Shown here: one piece after another, positions 31,140 to 39,683 of the stretch | Layout: every line of letters begins with the position of its first letter | Numbering within the stretch: the first letter of the stretch is position 1 | Source of the DNA: an uncultured Ignavibacteria bacterium | GTDB taxonomy: Bacteria > Zixibacteria > MSB-5A5 > CAIYYT01 | Length of the DNA: 64,000 nucleotides | Direction: 5' to 3' | NCBI GenBank assembly: GCA_964537215.1 | Contig: CAZIBI010000002.1 | Location: 1-64,000, forward strand | Made by a program: the position numbers and the translations under genes | The notes under the pieces: model-generated | What the model saw: only the letters and a program-made list of their open reading frames with translations | What the model was told of the DNA's origin: nothing | Database searches by the model: none

Positions 31140-31915
31140 GCGAAGCGAGCAAGCGTGCAAACTCAATTTGGGTATTTGACTTTGATGGAACATTATCGGA
31201 AGTCGTCCCGGATCGCAACGAAGCTTCACTTCATCCTGCGTGCCAACAAATGTTGACTGCCTTATTAGGCAGCGAGAGTGAAGAGGTTGCGATCTTGTCA
31301 AGTCGCCGGCTGGAGGACTTGATTCCGCGCATTCCGTTTCGAGGAATTCTGCTGGCAGCTAGTAGCGGACTGGAACTACAATTGTCGAACGGGGAAATTG
31401 TCCTTCCAAACAAGAGAGAATTTCAAGAATTGGAGCCTGTTCGTCTCCAGATCATGCCGCTTGTGAGGTCAATTGAACTAAATATCCCGTTCGTCGAGAT
31501 TGAAGACAAGTTGTGGTCAGTGACAGTTCACTATCGTCGCGTTTCTCCGGATAACCGTCCGTCGCTGCGCTATATGCTTGCAGCGCTTGGTTCGATTCCG
31601 GGGATTCAAGTATTTGAGGGAACGGAGGCGCTCGAATTGATGATGGTGCCACGCTATAGCAAATCTGCGGGTCTACGCAAGATTGCCAGAATCACTGGAT
31701 TTGACCGATGCGTTGCCAAAATTGTCTTCGCAGGAAACGATGAGAACGATGCCCGCGCCATGAGGTGGGTACTGGGCAAGGGGGGACGATCAATAGTTGT
31801 GGGGAATCGCATACACGTCGAGGGCGCGCTCGTTGTTTCGGACCAAGTGGAACTAGCAGCCAAAGTCATGTCGTTGCGGCTATCGCAAAAGACGCCGCAT
31901 TCTGCGGGGCGATGA
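31136..31915 (+). CDS. otsB: Trehalose-6-phosphate phosphatase-like HAD hydrolase (OtsB)
   Basis: HAD motif I (IWVFDFDGTL). ATGA overlap with the otsA stop. Confidence 0.75.
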   Translation: MSEASKRANSIWVFDFDGTLSEVVPDRNEASLHPACQQMLTALLGSESEEVAILSSRRLEDLIPRIPFRGILLAASSGLELQLSNGEIVLPNKREFQELEPVRLQIMPLVRSIELNIPFVEIEDKLWSVTVHYRRVSPDNRPSLRYMLAALGSIPGIQVFEGTEALELMMVPRYSKSAGLRKIARITGFDRCVAKIVFAGNDENDARAMRWVLGKGGRSIVVGNRIHVEGALVVSDQVELAAKVMSLRLSQKTPHSAGR

Positions 31916-32154
31916 TCAGAATTGACCTGTAAAGTCTATTGCTTCCGGAACAAACTCGATATCCTACTCACTACTTGCAACAAATTGTATGCATGAGTTG
32001 CCGCAAATCACCGGATATTCCCGTAAACCAGATTGAAGTTAATTCTCGCACTTGCAATCGGTCTTTCAAATTCTTCCCCCAGAGCCGAAAGAATGTTCTT
32101 GTGGAGAGAAAAGCTGAAGAGTATCTGGTAAGGTAGTTAGTCAGGAAAGAGCTA

Positions 32155-33378
32155 ATGCAAAACGAGTTTATTGAGAGCGTACTCACATTCCTAAAGGCTC
32201 CCGAAGTCGGTTACATACTACTGATTTTCTTTCTTTTCATCGTGCCGAGAATTCTGCAACGATTTCGACTTCCGTCAGCCATCACGAGCTTTGCGCTCGG
32301 AATTGCCGCGGGAATGGGGCTGAACATTTTCCAACACGATGAGACTATCGCGCTGCTTGCGACTTTGGGAATTGTCTCGCTGTTCTTACACGCAGGTCTC
32401 GATGTCAGCGTCTCCGAGCTTCGTCGGAACTCCCGTGTATTGATCTACCATTTGATATTTCTCTTGCTGTTGCTTGTGGTCGGGTCGATTGTGGTTGCTA
32501 AGGTCTTCGAGCTGTCAATGCGAGTCTCGATTCTCATCACTCTGGCACTGGCGACTCCATCGACTGGCTTTATTCTGGACTCGATCAAGGCCTTTGGACT
32601 CAGCGACGATGAGAGAAACTGGATCAAGACCAAGGCGATCTCGGCAGAATTACTTGCGTTGGCAGGCATGTTTCTCACGCTTCAATCCCTGACCGCAGAG
32701 AAGTTCCTGATTTCGATGGGAGTTATGCTGGCTCTAGCTCTCTTGATCCCTTTCTTCTTTCGTTTCTTTGCCTCGAAGATTGTTCCGTACGCCCCCAATT
32801 CGGAGTTTGCGTTCCTAATCATGTTGGCGATTGCATGTGCCTTCGTTACGCGAAAGATTGGCGTCTATTATCTCGTCGGCGCGTTTGTGGTTGGCGTCGC
32901 AGCCACAAGCTTCAAGCAGAAACTCCCTTCGGTGGCGTCCGATCGGCTCTTGCACTCTGTCGAGCTATTCGCTTCATTTTTTGTTCCTTTCTATTTCTTC
33001 AAGAGCGGGACATCGCTAACAGCCTCTGACTTCAGCCTGAACGCGTGGCTTCTTGCCGGCGCCTTCATTGTGATCATGGTTCCGGCCCGACTCGCAGTGG
33101 TTGTTGCACACCGGCGTTTCGCGCTCAAGGAATCGGTCCGGGAAGGACTCCGCGTCGCCTTCCCGATGCTGCCCACACTGATTTTCACTTTGGTTCTGGC
33201 CCAAATTCTGCGCGAGCAATTTGCTCTTAGCAACGAACTCTTCGGAGGTCTGGTGATCTACGCTGTTGCGACGAGCCTGATGACAGGCTTTGTTTTCCGG
33301 ACACCGCAACCAGATTTCGAGAGTGAACTGATTGAGCATTCGGCGTCGTCGGTGACGCCAACAAAAAGCGAGGGGTAA
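32155..33378 (+). CDS. Cation:proton antiporter-family membrane protein
   Basis: 407 aa with 11–12 TM helices and Na_H_exchanger-like N-terminal helices. Confidence 0.55.
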   Translation: MQNEFIESVLTFLKAPEVGYILLIFFLFIVPRILQRFRLPSAITSFALGIAAGMGLNIFQHDETIALLATLGIVSLFLHAGLDVSVSELRRNSRVLIYHLIFLLLLLVVGSIVVAKVFELSMRVSILITLALATPSTGFILDSIKAFGLSDDERNWIKTKAISAELLALAGMFLTLQSLTAEKFLISMGVMLALALLIPFFFRFFASKIVPYAPNSEFAFLIMLAIACAFVTRKIGVYYLVGAFVVGVAATSFKQKLPSVASDRLLHSVELFASFFVPFYFFKSGTSLTASDFSLNAWLLAGAFIVIMVPARLAVVVAHRRFALKESVREGLRVAFPMLPTLIFTLVLAQILREQFALSNELFGGLVIYAVATSLMTGFVFRTPQPDFESELIEHSASSVTPTKSEG

Positions 33379-33391
33379 GGAACGGAATTCA

Positions 33392-35149
33392 CTAGCGTCG
33401 GATTTGGTCAACGAGCCTGCGATTGTAGAATTCAAGAACAGAGTTTCGCAAAAGCAACCCGACCGGCCTGAAAGCTTCAGAATCAAGCACCGGAAGTAAT
33501 TGAGAGCCCGTAAGGTTAAACTTGTTTAGCGCGGTTTCAAGGCTGTCCGTGACGAGCAGCGATGGCGTTTCAACGCTTACGATGTCTCCGGCAACGATCA
33601 CACCACCGGTTTCTCGATACGAAAGAATCGACCTGATATCACCCAGTGATGCGACACCACGGAAAGCTCCATCTTTGTCAACCACCACCACGGCCGGGCA
33701 GTTGGCATCTTCTAGCATCTCAAGGAAATCGTCGACAGGAGTGCTTGTTGAGACTTGCGCCGAGATCGGACTCATCACTTCGGTGACTTTCAGAGAATTG
33801 AGGATATTGGCATCACGGCCGGAGCGCAAGTCGATTCCGCGCTTAATTAGCTTTGCCGTATAGATCGAGTGTGCAAAAATACCCCGGGAAACCAACGATG
33901 ATACGGCTACCGTTACCATCAGCGGCAGTATGATGTGGTAGTCTCCGGTCATCTCGAAGATGATCATCAACGCCGTTATCGGGGCGTGGGTCGTTCCTGC
34001 AACGAGGCCCGCCATTCCGACGAGGGCGTAGGCGCCCGGATCCGCAGTGACGCCGGGGAAGAGCGCTTGGGCTACGAATCCAAAAGCTCCGCCGGCCATT
34101 GCTCCGGTGAAGAGGGATGGGGCAAAGATGCCGCCCGAGCTGCCTGAACCAAGAGTCAGCGACGTGGCGACGATTTTGAGAAATATCAAAGGGATGAGAA
34201 GCGCCAGTGCCATGTTGTTGTGAAGTGTCAGTCTGATTGTTTCATATCCATCGGCAAGCACTTGCGGATAGAGAAATGCAACTATACCAAGCAATAACCC
34301 ACCTAAGGCAGGTTTAACAATCGACGGCAGCTTCATCGATTCGAACGCGTCCTCGAAATAGTCAAGCGTCTTTGTGAAAAGGACGGCTAACGCACCGAGA
34401 ACAGCGCCCATACCCACATACATGAGAATTTCCCAAGCGGAGACGAGCTCGTACGGAGGCACCTCAAAAGCCGGATGATTTCCAAGTATTGACCTTGTGA
34501 GTACGGACGCCAAAACCGAGGAGATGAGGACCGGCGAGAAAGTGCTGATGGCGAAATCTCCCAAGATAACCTCGAGGGAGAAGAATACGCCGGCGATCGG
34601 CGCATTAAAGATAGCCGAGATACCGGCGGCCGCGCCGCATCCCACCAGTAGTCTGACATTGTTGGTCGAGAGGCCGAAGAACTGCGCAACGGTCGATCCG
34701 AGAGCCGAGCCAATCTGTACAATGGGACCTTCGCGGCCGGCAGAGCCACCGGAGCCGATGCAGATTGCTGACGCAACGGACTTAGCCAAAGCCACCCGTG
34801 GCCTGATGATACCGCCAAGTCGGGCAACGGCATTCATAACTTCCGGAACACCGTGTCCTTTGGCTTCTTTGGCGAAGTGGAAAACGATTGGTCCGACCAG
34901 AAGACCGCCCAGCATTGGGATAATCGGCGTCCAATAGTGAAAACCCGCTCCTCCCAGGGCAGTCGAGAGAAGTTGATCCGTCATGCCGAAAAAGAGTCGA
35001 TTGAAGTAACGGATGAGCGCAGTAAATCCGATCGCACCAAGCCCCGTCACGATGCCGACGCTTGCCGCCATTAGCAGAAGGGCATTGATTCCGCGAATCC
35101 GAAAGCGATCCAGAAAACTTAAGATATTCTTGCCAGCTTGCACGATCAT
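33392..35149 (-). CDS. ClC-family chloride channel/antiporter with C-terminal CBS pair
   Basis: GSGGSAGREGP, GxFAPSL(F) and GREGP selectivity motifs, C-terminal CBS domains. Probable ATG at 35149; the ORF track opens on TTG at 35164. Confidence 0.85.
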   Translation of the reverse strand: MIVQAGKNILSFLDRFRIRGINALLLMAASVGIVTGLGAIGFTALIRYFNRLFFGMTDQLLSTALGGAGFHYWTPIIPMLGGLLVGPIVFHFAKEAKGHGVPEVMNAVARLGGIIRPRVALAKSVASAICIGSGGSAGREGPIVQIGSALGSTVAQFFGLSTNNVRLLVGCGAAAGISAIFNAPIAGVFFSLEVILGDFAISTFSPVLISSVLASVLTRSILGNHPAFEVPPYELVSAWEILMYVGMGAVLGALAVLFTKTLDYFEDAFESMKLPSIVKPALGGLLLGIVAFLYPQVLADGYETIRLTLHNNMALALLIPLIFLKIVATSLTLGSGSSGGIFAPSLFTGAMAGGAFGFVAQALFPGVTADPGAYALVGMAGLVAGTTHAPITALMIIFEMTGDYHIILPLMVTVAVSSLVSRGIFAHSIYTAKLIKRGIDLRSGRDANILNSLKVTEVMSPISAQVSTSTPVDDFLEMLEDANCPAVVVVDKDGAFRGVASLGDIRSILSYRETGGVIVAGDIVSVETPSLLVTDSLETALNKFNLTGSQLLPVLDSEAFRPVGLLLRNSVLEFYNRRLVDQIRR

Positions 35150-35395
35150 ATCATAAACAATCAAATTTCTGCGCCAAGCTCATATGGCACCCGAATCCAT
35201 GAAGGTGAGTGCTCAAGAGATCACTGGAGACTTCGAATCTTGTGTTACACGAAGTACCTTTCCGTTATTAGGAACGTCAGTGGCTACCGTGTCCAACGAC
35301 ATGTCTCTGATTGCGTGTAAGACCATTCTGTGACTGTTGCTGTTTTCGGAAGTGGAGACACTGTCCTCGTGTCCCACAAATGCTTTGCGGCACGG

Positions 35396-35424
35396 ATTGG
35401 CAAGGACGCAAGGGACTAAAAATT
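35396..35424 (+). repeat. Degenerate fragment of the tRNA-like repeat head (GACGCAAGGGACTAAAAA), about 55 bp upstream of copy 2
   Basis: 18/19 identity with the D-arm/anticodon portion of the repeat head. Confidence 0.4.
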
Positions 35425-35474
35425 ACTTGTGCGTACTACAGGTCTCTTGTAATGTTGTGCCACTGAGTTATTTT

Positions 35475-35512
35475 GCCGGAGTGGCGAAATTGGTAGACGC
35501 AAGGGACTTAAA
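35475..35512 (+). pseudogene. tRNA-Leu(UAA)-like 5' half, copy 2 (best-preserved)
   Basis: Identical to canonical bacterial tRNA-Leu(UAA) from G1 through the anticodon loop CTTAAAA, then unrelated sequence. Confidence 0.65.
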
Positions 35513-35652
35513 AAGCGAACCCGACGAAAACGTAAATGAATGAGCTTCATTGTATTACATTGTGTAACAATCTGATAGCTCGCACTTCTTGATGTATTAG
35601 TTTGGATCGACTTTGACTATTTGGGACTGAATGTAGTCACAAATTGGTCACA
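35475..35652 (+). repeat. 178-bp direct repeat, copy 2
   Basis: GCCGGAGTGGCGAAATTGGTAGACGCAAGGGACTTAAAAAGCGAACCCGACGAAAAC ... TTTGGATCGACTTTGACTATTTGGGACTGAATGTAGTCACAAATTGGTCACA. Confidence 0.85.
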
Positions 35653-35917
35653 ACGTGGATTTGTTAATCTCCGCACGGTTTGCTGATTCTCCCCATTCGC
35701 GTACGGTTTCTGTTAACGTCAAGCAGTTCTTTGACCTTCGGATCGCGACAGCAGCACGGCTTGATTCAAGCCCTTGCCTGCGGCTATAGTGGATGGAAAC
35801 CCCCTGATATCGTTCAGAGGGAGCTATGGACCTGAGCATGCAGAAGTCCATTGGAGTGGATAAATCCCTCCAGTACGACTCGCACAGGGAGACGCTACTT
35901 TTGTCGTGCGCCTTCAG

Positions 35918-38053
35918 CTAACCCCGCAGTAACCGGAGTGCGTTCGCGATGACCAGAAGCGCAGAAACTTCATTGAAGAGTAGACCAGGCACAAGCCCAA
36001 TCCATCCAAGGAGTGCGGCTGGGATAAGAACCGCGACAATAGCCAAGGACGCAATCGTATTCTGCTGCATATTGTGAACTGCCCGGCGACTGAGATTTAG
36101 TACGAGTGGCAACTTCGCTAAATCATCTGACATCAAGACAACGTCGCCCGTTTCTTTCGCAATATCGGTTCCGCGTGTACCCATGGCAATACCGACATCA
36201 GCTGAGGCCAGGGCCGGCGCATCATTGATCCCGTCACCCACCATGCCGACCGCGCCGAACTGCTGGCGGATTCGTTCAATTGTATCGACCTTCTGCTCAG
36301 GCAAGAGCCCCGCGTAGAACTCGTCGATGCCTGCCTGTGCGGCAATAGCCTGAGCAGTTCCGTGATGGTCACCAGTCAGCATGACAGTATGCAGGCCTTC
36401 GCTCTTAAGCGATGCTACAGTGCTCTGGACATTCGATCGGAGCTGGTCGGCTACGGCCACAATACCAAGCAGTTTTTGTTTATCGGCAAGCAAAACGACG
36501 GTCTTGGCATTTTGTTCCAGACCAGCTATCACCTCTAGTTGCTCGGGCGATATCTTCACTCCGTGTGTGCTTAGCAGACTCTGGTTGCCTACCAGATAGC
36601 TTGTTCCGTTCACTAGGGCGCGGACCCCCTGGCCGGTCACGGAGTCGAACTCCTCCGGTACACTCGCTGTCGGCACTGAGAGGGATCGCGTGTGTCGCAC
36701 GATGGCTTCAGCCAGAGGGTGCTCCGAACGTGATTCAATGCTCGCCGTCACCGATAGGATATCGTTCTGGGTTAGTCCGTTAAAGGGTATCAGATCGGTT
36801 ACCACCGGCAGTCCAATGGTGAGCGTTCCCGTCTTATCAAATGCAAGCGCCTTGATCCTGGCGGCGGCCTCTAAGTACACTCCACCCTTGAAGAGCACAC
36901 CTCGCCGAGCGGCGGTCGCGACAGCAGCAACGACTGAAACCGGCACAGAAAGAGCCAAGCCGCAGGAACAAGACACTACCAGCACTACGAGTCCACGATA
37001 AATGTATTCGCCCCATGCTGTAGCAAAAAGCATCGGTGGAACGACCGCAACTGTCAACGCCAAGGCGAACATGGTTGGGGTATAAATGCGGCCGAATTTC
37101 TCCGCGAATCGCTGGTACGAGGACTTCTTGGCCTGTGCTTCTTCGACGGAGTGAATGATACGAGCCAACGTGGTGTCGCGAGCAAGCTTTGTAACCTCGA
37201 TCTCGAGCGAGCCTTTTTGGTTAATGGTCCCGGCAAACGCCTCATTGCCAACCACCATGTGCACCGGCATCGGCTCGCCAGTGATAGTCGATGTATCAAC
37301 GTACGACGATCCGTCTGTGACCCTCCCGTCAATAGGAATCTTCTCGCCGGGGCGAATGATAACCGTATCACCGATGCGGACTTGCTCTGTGGGAAGAATT
37401 ATTTCTCTACCGTCGCGGCGAACCAGCGCCTCTCTGGGAACAAGATCCATCAGCGCCCGGACCGCTCCGCGAGCCCGATCAACTGCGTATGCTTCGAGGA
37501 CATCTCCCAATGAGTAAATGACCACCAACAGCGCCGCTTCTTCCCAGAGGCCGAGAGCAACTGCGCCTGCAGCGCCGACGACCATGAGCAGGCGAATATT
37601 CAGCGTTAATGTTCGTAATGCAAGCAAGCCCATCCGGGCAGGAAAGTAAGCACCGATGAGAATGGCCGCCCCAAAGAGCACTTGGACCGCGCTGTGTTGT
37701 ACGCCGAATGTTTCCGCGCCGAAGCCGGACAGAACAAGGACACCGCTGGCAAGGAGAGCGATCACTTGCGGTGTGAGCCATCGACGCGTTGGCGTGACAA
37801 CAGGGCTCCGAGAGCGCGGAGTCGCTTTCAATCCGGTGGCATTGGCAGCTTGGACGACTTGATCCAGTGATATCTTCGCAGCATCGTACTCGACTGCGAC
37901 TTCCCGCGTCATGAGGTTAGCCTGCCAGCGACTTACACCGGGCAGACGCTTGAGCGCCTGGTCGATCAACACAACCTCGTCGTTGCAATCCATGTTTGCA
38001 ACAAACAAGGTCGCCGATGCGTGGTTTGTGGCTGTATTTGGCACTTTGTTCAT
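35918..38053 (-). CDS. Heavy-metal-translocating P1B-type ATPase
   Basis: N-terminal HMA-like domain, DKTGTLT phosphorylation motif, GDGINDAP, TGD. The TM6 metal motif reads SCSC rather than the usual CPC. Confidence 0.85.
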   Translation of the reverse strand: MNKVPNTATNHASATLFVANMDCNDEVVLIDQALKRLPGVSRWQANLMTREVAVEYDAAKISLDQVVQAANATGLKATPRSRSPVVTPTRRWLTPQVIALLASGVLVLSGFGAETFGVQHSAVQVLFGAAILIGAYFPARMGLLALRTLTLNIRLLMVVGAAGAVALGLWEEAALLVVIYSLGDVLEAYAVDRARGAVRALMDLVPREALVRRDGREIILPTEQVRIGDTVIIRPGEKIPIDGRVTDGSSYVDTSTITGEPMPVHMVVGNEAFAGTINQKGSLEIEVTKLARDTTLARIIHSVEEAQAKKSSYQRFAEKFGRIYTPTMFALALTVAVVPPMLFATAWGEYIYRGLVVLVVSCSCGLALSVPVSVVAAVATAARRGVLFKGGVYLEAAARIKALAFDKTGTLTIGLPVVTDLIPFNGLTQNDILSVTASIESRSEHPLAEAIVRHTRSLSVPTASVPEEFDSVTGQGVRALVNGTSYLVGNQSLLSTHGVKISPEQLEVIAGLEQNAKTVVLLADKQKLLGIVAVADQLRSNVQSTVASLKSEGLHTVMLTGDHHGTAQAIAAQAGIDEFYAGLLPEQKVDTIERIRQQFGAVGMVGDGINDAPALASADVGIAMGTRGTDIAKETGDVVLMSDDLAKLPLVLNLSRRAVHNMQQNTIASLAIVAVLIPAALLGWIGLVPGLLFNEVSALLVIANALRLLRG

Positions 38054-38396
38054 TCTCCTAAGTGCAGTTTATCATAGATCGTGACGCTGCGGAAGGTGCC
38101 TTGCACACTACCTATTCGGAACTCGCGCGCCCAAATCCCATCGGCCAACTGAGCGTCGAAGATCTGTTCCTCTGGAATGTTATGGCTCGTCTCATTTCCG
38201 GATAGGGAAGCATATTCCTTTCTGGCGTCACAACCGCAAATACAACCATCGATGCTGAGGCAAAGTGTGCATGCTGTTACCACTTGACCAATTCGGAGGT
38301 ACAGCCGCAACCGTTTAGGGAAAGATCGCCCGTTCTTGCTTGACAGTTCTTTTGTCAGAAAGGTAGATTTCCGATGCCCGACTTGAACTTGCAAGG

Positions 38397-38786
38397 TCAT
38401 CGGCAGGCATCCACGATTCGCACAATTTGTCCTTCTACCTGCGCTGCGATCGCCGCCACGTCTTTGCTGGGGAAGAAGTTGGAGATTACTGTCGGTCGCA
38501 TTGCGCAAATGAACGTACGTCCCTTGTCGGCATAGATGCTGATGGGACAAGGAAGCATCAGAGAGATCTCTGGATCGATGCTGAGGACGTCATTCGCGAA
38601 TTTGGCGTTGCAGATTTCCACAATTTTCATCGATTCACGAACAAATCCTTTGGCCGCCAAGGTTGCTTGAACGTCGTGAACGTGCAGCACGCGAAACCCA
38701 GCATCCTGGCTCGTTGCCTCGACTGCAGCAAGCGCGGCGTCCACACTCTTGCCCGTCTCAACCGTATAGTCGAATTCCTTTTGCAT
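38397..38786 (-). CDS. DUF302-family protein
   Basis: Conserved DUF302 core (GFRVLHVHDVQATLAAKGF...MLPCPISIY). Start at internal ATG with GAGGAG SD. Confidence 0.65.
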   Translation of the reverse strand: MQKEFDYTVETGKSVDAALAAVEATSQDAGFRVLHVHDVQATLAAKGFVRESMKIVEICNAKFANDVLSIDPEISLMLPCPISIYADKGRTFICAMRPTVISNFFPSKDVAAIAAQVEGQIVRIVDACR

Positions 38787-38949
38787 TGCTTTGACTCCTC
38801 GGTAAAACGATTTCAATTGATTCTGCTCCACTGTCTGCACACCTGCGTTCGTGATCAACTCGCCTCAACGCACTCGGCACGAAACCGATGCTGCGTTGCA
38901 ATGTTGTTCTCAAACGTTTCGGTTTTATCGATAGCAATTCCACGCACGC

Positions 38950-39489
38950 CTACGGTCGTGTCCGAAAATGAAGCATGAAGCCGCCGTATTGGTAGCTATT
39001 CATGTCCATCATCATGCCATTGCGACCGCGTACGTCACCGTAAACGTACAGCATGCAGTTCGTATTCGGCATCAAGGTTGAGTCGACGTAGAATGTGCAG
39101 CTGTCGAGCATTTGATTCCACTCAAATGAGCCGTGAAAATCGATTGAGTCGAGCCAGTTCATCATGTGGCCCATGTTCATCATGCCGCCGCCCATCATAC
39201 CACGGTGATGCTGGAGCGAGTCCATCCAGCTGGGCAAACCCGGACTTGCAGTGAAGTGGAAGTTGTGTCGGAAGCTGGCTGAGTCCATCGGCATATCAAA
39301 CTTGATGTCGAGAATCGGTTTTAAGGCAACGTCGTTACTTCCTTCTGCCGGCGTGACGCGAACGATTTTCGGTGCGGTCGTAGGAAGACTATTGCCAGTA
39401 GTCTTATTGTCGTCACTGCAACCGGCAATCCACGAAAGCGACACTACCAGAACCAGCCCGAGCAATGCTGTGACAGAGAATTGTCTCAT
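38950..39489 (-). CDS. Lipoprotein with Met/His-rich motif (candidate Cu/Ag-binding periplasmic protein)
   Basis: Signal peptide plus lipobox (WIAGCSDD). HHRGMMGGGMMNMGHMMNW Met-rich stretch. AAGGAGA SD. Adjacent to the czc-type operon. Confidence 0.5.
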   Translation of the reverse strand: MRQFSVTALLGLVLVVSLSWIAGCSDDNKTTGNSLPTTAPKIVRVTPAEGSNDVALKPILDIKFDMPMDSASFRHNFHFTASPGLPSWMDSLQHHRGMMGGGMMNMGHMMNWLDSIDFHGSFEWNQMLDSCTFYVDSTLMPNTNCMLYVYGDVRGRNGMMMDMNSYQYGGFMLHFRTRP

Positions 39490-39683
39490 GCTAAAGTCTC
39501 CTTATTGAAGCAAATCTGAGTAAAAGACACCGTTTCTCAAACGAGACACAGAATACATGTACGAAACAAACCACGCTTGTTGAGTTTCTGACACGCAGTA
39601 CGCTAACATCTATTGACATGTCTTTGCTTGAAACCGTGGAAGGTAGCGTCCAACGCGAAGAACAGTTTCCACATACTCGAATC

